DNA from: Paraspadella gotoi | Lineage: Eukaryota > Animalia > Chaetognatha | Assembly (NCBI GenBank): GCA_051294375.1 | Contig: CM119268.1 | Location: forward strand, 6,996,523 to 7,024,095 | Direction of reading: 5' to 3' | DNA length: 27,573 bases | In this document: positions 23,327 to 27,573 of the stretch, one piece after another | How positions within the stretch are numbered: position 1 is the first letter of the stretch | How the letters are laid out: every line of letters begins with the position of its first letter | The notes under the pieces: model-generated | Told to the model about the DNA's origin: nothing | What the model saw: the letters and a program-made list of their open reading frames with translations, nothing else | Databases searched by the model: none | Program-made: the position numbers and the translations under genes

Positions 23327-23432
23327 CCATTTCGAATTATGACTCTCAACTCAACAAATCGACCATTAATGCGCAGTCAAAGTTCGCTGACGAAAAAAAA
23401 ATAGAATTCTCTCTCTTTCTCTCACTTTCCTT

Positions 23433-23540
<108 letters not shown>

Positions 23541-24005
23541 CTTTACAATCTCTTTAATTCTCTTCTCTCTTTTTTCCTTTTTCTTTCTTTCTCTCACTCT
23601 CTTTGTCTGCCTGTCGGTCTATCCGTCTTACACACAAATACCTACGAAAATATTTTCAAAACTCTGACTGACAACAATAAGCAATCACGCTTACACAAAC
23701 CCACACACACAGAGAGTCAAACCCACACACAAAAAGTCAAAGCCTCGCAAATTTACGTTTCTCAGTCGAATGGACGTGAAGTAGATCCAGACGCCGATTA
23801 TATCCAATTAATTTTTCTAGGAGAAAAATTGTAAAGAAAAAGTAGAAAAATGACGAAAAAAAAAGTAGTGGGGAGGAGGAAAGAAATAATGGATAGTAGA
23901 GTCCAAAAAAAGAAAGGAAAAAGAGAAAAAAAAAGGGAAAAAAAAGGATGTGGCGAGATCCCCGAAGCACTCGGAAGAGGAGGCTGAGGGGTGAGATAAT
24001 GAGAA

Positions 24006-24042
<37 letters not shown>

Positions 24043-24159
24043 TGAAGGATTAACTAAAAAAAAAAGGAAAAAAAGTTAAAAGCAAAGAAATATCGTGAAC
24101 TGAGTAAAAGTAGAAAAGGGAAACGACTTTTACATGGAAGGTGAGATATGGAGTTGGAA

Positions 24160-24415
24160 TGAGAAGATGAGGAAGAGGATGAGGAAGAGGATGAAGATGA
24201 GGATGAGGATTAGGAAGAGAAAGAGGACGAGGAAGTGGATGAGGAAGAGGATGAGGATGAGGATTAGGAAGAGGATGAGGATAAGAATGAGGATGAGGAA
24301 GAGGATGAAGATGAGATAGAGGAAGAGGAAGAGGATGAGGATGAGGATAAGAAAAAAGATGAGGATGAGATGAGGAAGACGATGAGGAAGAGGATGAGGA
24401 AGAGGATGAGGATGA
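24160..24415. repeat. (GAGGAT/GAGGAA)n hexamer-like low-complexity repeat
   Basis: Direct reading; source of the RMRKRM and poly-Ser ORFs. Confidence 0.9.
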
Positions 24416-24939
24416 AAGGAAGAAAAATGGGTTGATAGTAAGAAGAAAAGATAGGAGCGAGGAAAGTGAAAAGCATTTTAATAGAGGTAGAAATAAATAA
24501 ATATGGAAAGTAGGGAAAAGGAGTAATAGAAAGCGAAAGAAATATTAGATGGTAGTGTCGAGTTTAAGTTGGTAAGTTAAAAGAAGGAAAGATATATTAT
24601 GAAACGCATTAAAGGGAAAAGCGTTAAGAGGAGAGCGAAGCCCGAAGATAATCGTAGAAAGAAAAATGAATGGAAAAAAAAAATTAAAGGTCGTAGATTG
24701 AAAAAGAAAAAAAAAGATATGAGATGGAAAAAAACTACCAAAAAGTCATTGAAAAATATTGAAAGTGTTGGAAAAAGACTCGGAGAAATGAAAAATCACT
24801 GGAAGAAGAAGAAAAAATGTTACGACGCGTTAACTTATTATTTACGCGCTTATTCAAATGATCACATTATCATAATCGTTTGACATATACGCCCAAAAAA
24901 TGTTTACTGGTTGATTACCCATCTTACTTATGAAACATG

Positions 24940-25078
24940 TGTACATTAGGAGACTAATGGTATCAAGCCAAGTATCAACTAAAATCATTGAGTATTATCC
25001 CAATTATGAGCTTTAAGAATATGGGCCAGACTAATGAATGGATAGACCGTTCAACGGATGGACCGACCGACCAAAAAG
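24940..25078 (+). mobile_element. Degenerate HINE/MITE-like fragment
   Basis: 'ccaagtatcaactaaaatc' followed by a decayed array 'acggatggaccgaccgaccaaaaag', resembling 5281-5340; terminal hairpin missing. Confidence 0.35.
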
Positions 25079-25521
25079 AGACTGTGATTAAAGAAATATA
25101 AAAATATATAAAAAACGACCGGAAGAGGGAGGAATAGTTTGAAGAGAGAAATGAGTCGAGAGAAGATTCGTGACCAAAAAAAAAGAGAAGAAAATGTCCT
25201 TTTTCGTTATTCCAGCGAGAAGGCGAAGCGACAGCTGTTATTGAAACATTTTTTTTTATAGCTCGCCAGGGTGTATCTATCGTTGAGTCCTCTCTCTCTC
25301 TCTNNNNNNNNNNNNNNNNNNNNNNNNNNNNNNNNNNNNNNNNNNNNNNNNNNNNNNNNNNNNNNNNNNNNNNNNNNNNNNNNNNNNNNNNNNNNNNNNN
25401 NNNNNNNNNNNNNNNNNNNNNNNNNNNNNNNNNNNNNNNNNNNNNNNNNNNNNNNNNNGCAGAAATAGAAAGAAAGTTATTTCTTCCGACTCATAAAAAC
25501 CAGAAACGCATAAAAAATCGG

Positions 25522-25650
25522 GTATGAGCAATCGAAGTCGGCTTTGGTCGTATGATAGGCGATCGAAGGTAGACGTTGTTTGTATGATATACGATCAAAC
25601 TCTACCTCGGTTGTATGATATGCGATCAAAGTGCGACGTTGGTTGCATGA
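25522..25650. repeat. Degenerate 28-32-bp tandem repeat, about 4 copies
   Basis: Units of the type gtatgatatgcgatcaaagtgcgacgttggtt. Confidence 0.75.
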
Positions 25651-25860
25651 AAGCAGTTTATTTAATAACATCCCATTCAAAGATGGGTTTACTAATTCGT
25701 TTGAAAGACAAGTTCTGAAGAATGAATTGCGCTAAAGACGTCATCGCTATCATCATTATAATCATCATCATCGTCGTCGTCGTCATAATCATCAACATCG
25801 TTGCCATCACCGCCGTCATCAGCGACATCGGCGTCAACATTTTCAACATCATCATCTTCA

Positions 25861-26059
25861 TTCTTCACGTATTCATAATATCCATTAAATTCGTCATAAT
25901 CATTAACTAAAATTGACCCGCGTTTTGATAAAAAATGCTAAGCTATTAATTTTTGTTTGCNNNNNNNNNNATCATCATCTTCAATCTTTATTCTTCACGT
26001 ATTCATAATATCCATTAAATTCATTAACTAAAATTGACCCGCGTTTTGATAAAAAATGC
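25861..26059. repeat. Short direct duplication across a 10-N gap (25861-25938 vs 25991-26059)
   Basis: Identical apart from a 9-nt indel (gtcataatc); follows an (ATC/GTC)n tract at about 25740-25860. Confidence 0.9.
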
Positions 26060-26827
26060 NNNNNNNNNNNNNNNNNNNNNNNNNNNNNNNNNNNNNNNNN
26101 NNNNNNNNNNNNNNNNNNNNNNNNNNNNNNNNNNNNNNNNNNNNNNNNNNNNNNNNNNNNNNNNNNNNNNNNNNNNNNNNNNNNNNNNNNNNNNNNNNNN
26201 NNNNNNNNNNNNNNNNNNNNNNNNNNNNNNNNNNNNNNNNNNNNNNNNNNNNNNNNAAAAAGAAAGAAAAAGGCAATTTTCCGTGAAGAGGTTTCACCGG
26301 AGGCGGAAGGTCTGAAGCCAAATTAATTCGCATCGTTATTGGAACCGTGAGAGGAAAAAAAAAAGTGTAAAAGAAATGGAATGTTAATGAAAAAAAATCT
26401 ATCTCGAAAAGAAAGTTATATGGGTAATGAATTAGCAATGAGGGTAGTCTTTNNNNNNNNNNNNNNNNNNNNNNNNNNNNNNNNNNNNNNNNNNNNNNNN
26501 NNNNNNNNNNNNNNNNNNNNNNNNNNNNNNNNNNNNNNNNNNNNNNNNNNNNNNNNNNNNNNNNNNNNNNNNNNNNNNNNNNNNNNNNNNNNNNNNNNNN
26601 NNNNNNNNNNNNNNNNNNNNNNNNNNNNNNNNNNNNNNNNNNNNNNNNNNNNNNNNNNNNNNNNNNNNNNNNNNNNNNNNNNNNNNNNNNNNNNNNNNNN
26701 NNNNNNNNNNNNNNNNNNNNNNNNNNNNNNNNNNNNNNNNNNNNNNNNNNNNNNNNNNNNNNNNNNNNNNNNNNNNNNNNNNNNNNTAACGAATCTCTAA
26801 AAAGGAACTTCTCTTCCTCCCACGCGG

Positions 26828-26872
<45 letters not shown>

Positions 26873-27167
26873 GAATTAAAATGGAAATAAATTACGTCGC
26901 CTTTGTTGCTATTTTCGTCTGCTCGAGTGTCTCGATGATCGAATCTCTGGAAAAAAAATGTTTGTCGTCTTCTTCTTTCGTCTCTTTTCTTTTTTTTATA
27001 GAGAAGCCAGGTAATCTGGGAGTGAGTAAACTTCGCTGTAAGATAGTTTTGATTAAAAGCTTGTAGACCTTCTTTCTTTTTTCCCCCCATTTTTCTTAAT
27101 TCTCATGGATTTTCCCTTTCTGTCTTTATTTCTCATTTTTTCTTTCTCCTACATTTTCACTACTTAC

Positions 27168-27566
27168 ACTCGCCGCTAGAGTCGCCGCGAACGCGAGACA
27201 AAAGAACATCTTCGTGGCGGAAATCCATCCAACGGTCGGCGAACAAGAGGGAAGGGATGTCGTCGTCCTCATCGTCGTCGTCGTCGTCGTCGTCGTCCTC
27301 CTCCTTTTCCACCAATTTCCTTTATTCCTTTCCTTTTTTCTCCTTTGGTCTCTTCTGTTTATCGTTGCCGCGTCGTTGCGTAGGAAAGAAGGAGAGGAAG
27401 GAAGAGAAGGAAACCGGGAAGGAGAAGCAGGAGACAAAGAGAAAGAAGGAGACAAAGAGAAAGAAGGGGAGGAAGGAGACAAAGAGATAGAAAGGGTCGG
27501 GGACGAGCGACTGTTTTTCCTTTGGTTTTTGTCGTTGAATTTCGCGTCTCTCCTTTCGATGTTTGG
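27168..27566 (-). CDS. Candidate 399-nt symmetric exon ending in a hydrophobic segment
   Basis: tttcag acceptor at the window edge; 133 open codons PNIERRDAKFNDKNQRKNSRSSPTLS...VGWISATKMFFCLAFAATLAAS; GTAAGT donor at 27167; phase 0/0. Confidence 0.45.
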
Positions 27567-27573
27567 CTGAAAA

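Noticed and set aside
25861-26059. Biological tandem duplication
   Set aside because: The copies abut a 10-N gap and differ by one indel, typical of unmerged contig or haplotype overlap.

Overview
This is microsatellite-rich, mostly non-coding animal-type eukaryotic DNA (probably invertebrate) from a draft assembly with 15 N-gaps totalling about 2.3 kb. I recognise no protein family, operon, CRISPR array, rRNA or intact tRNA, and nearly all ORFs in the track are read-throughs of simple repeats or Ns. The first 10.8 kb is largely one locus present three times (1-1948, 5115-8503, 8530-10806) with long-read-type indel noise and two apparent alleles, so it is most likely an assembly artefact. The most interesting real signal is at 19443-19768: a 283-bp TG...CA solo-LTR-like segment followed directly by the complement of 43 nt of mature, CCA-bearing tRNA-Leu. 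That is far longer than a normal primer-binding site and ends in a (TA)n tract, consistent with a captured plus-strand strong-stop cDNA that read through the tRNA primer. The window also holds a 31-bp x16 minisatellite, a tRNA-derived SINE-like copy, Helentron/HINE-like element ends, two perfect DR1 motifs, and several splice-site-bounded open exon candidates on both strands that encode low-complexity peptides. None of these exons is verified.
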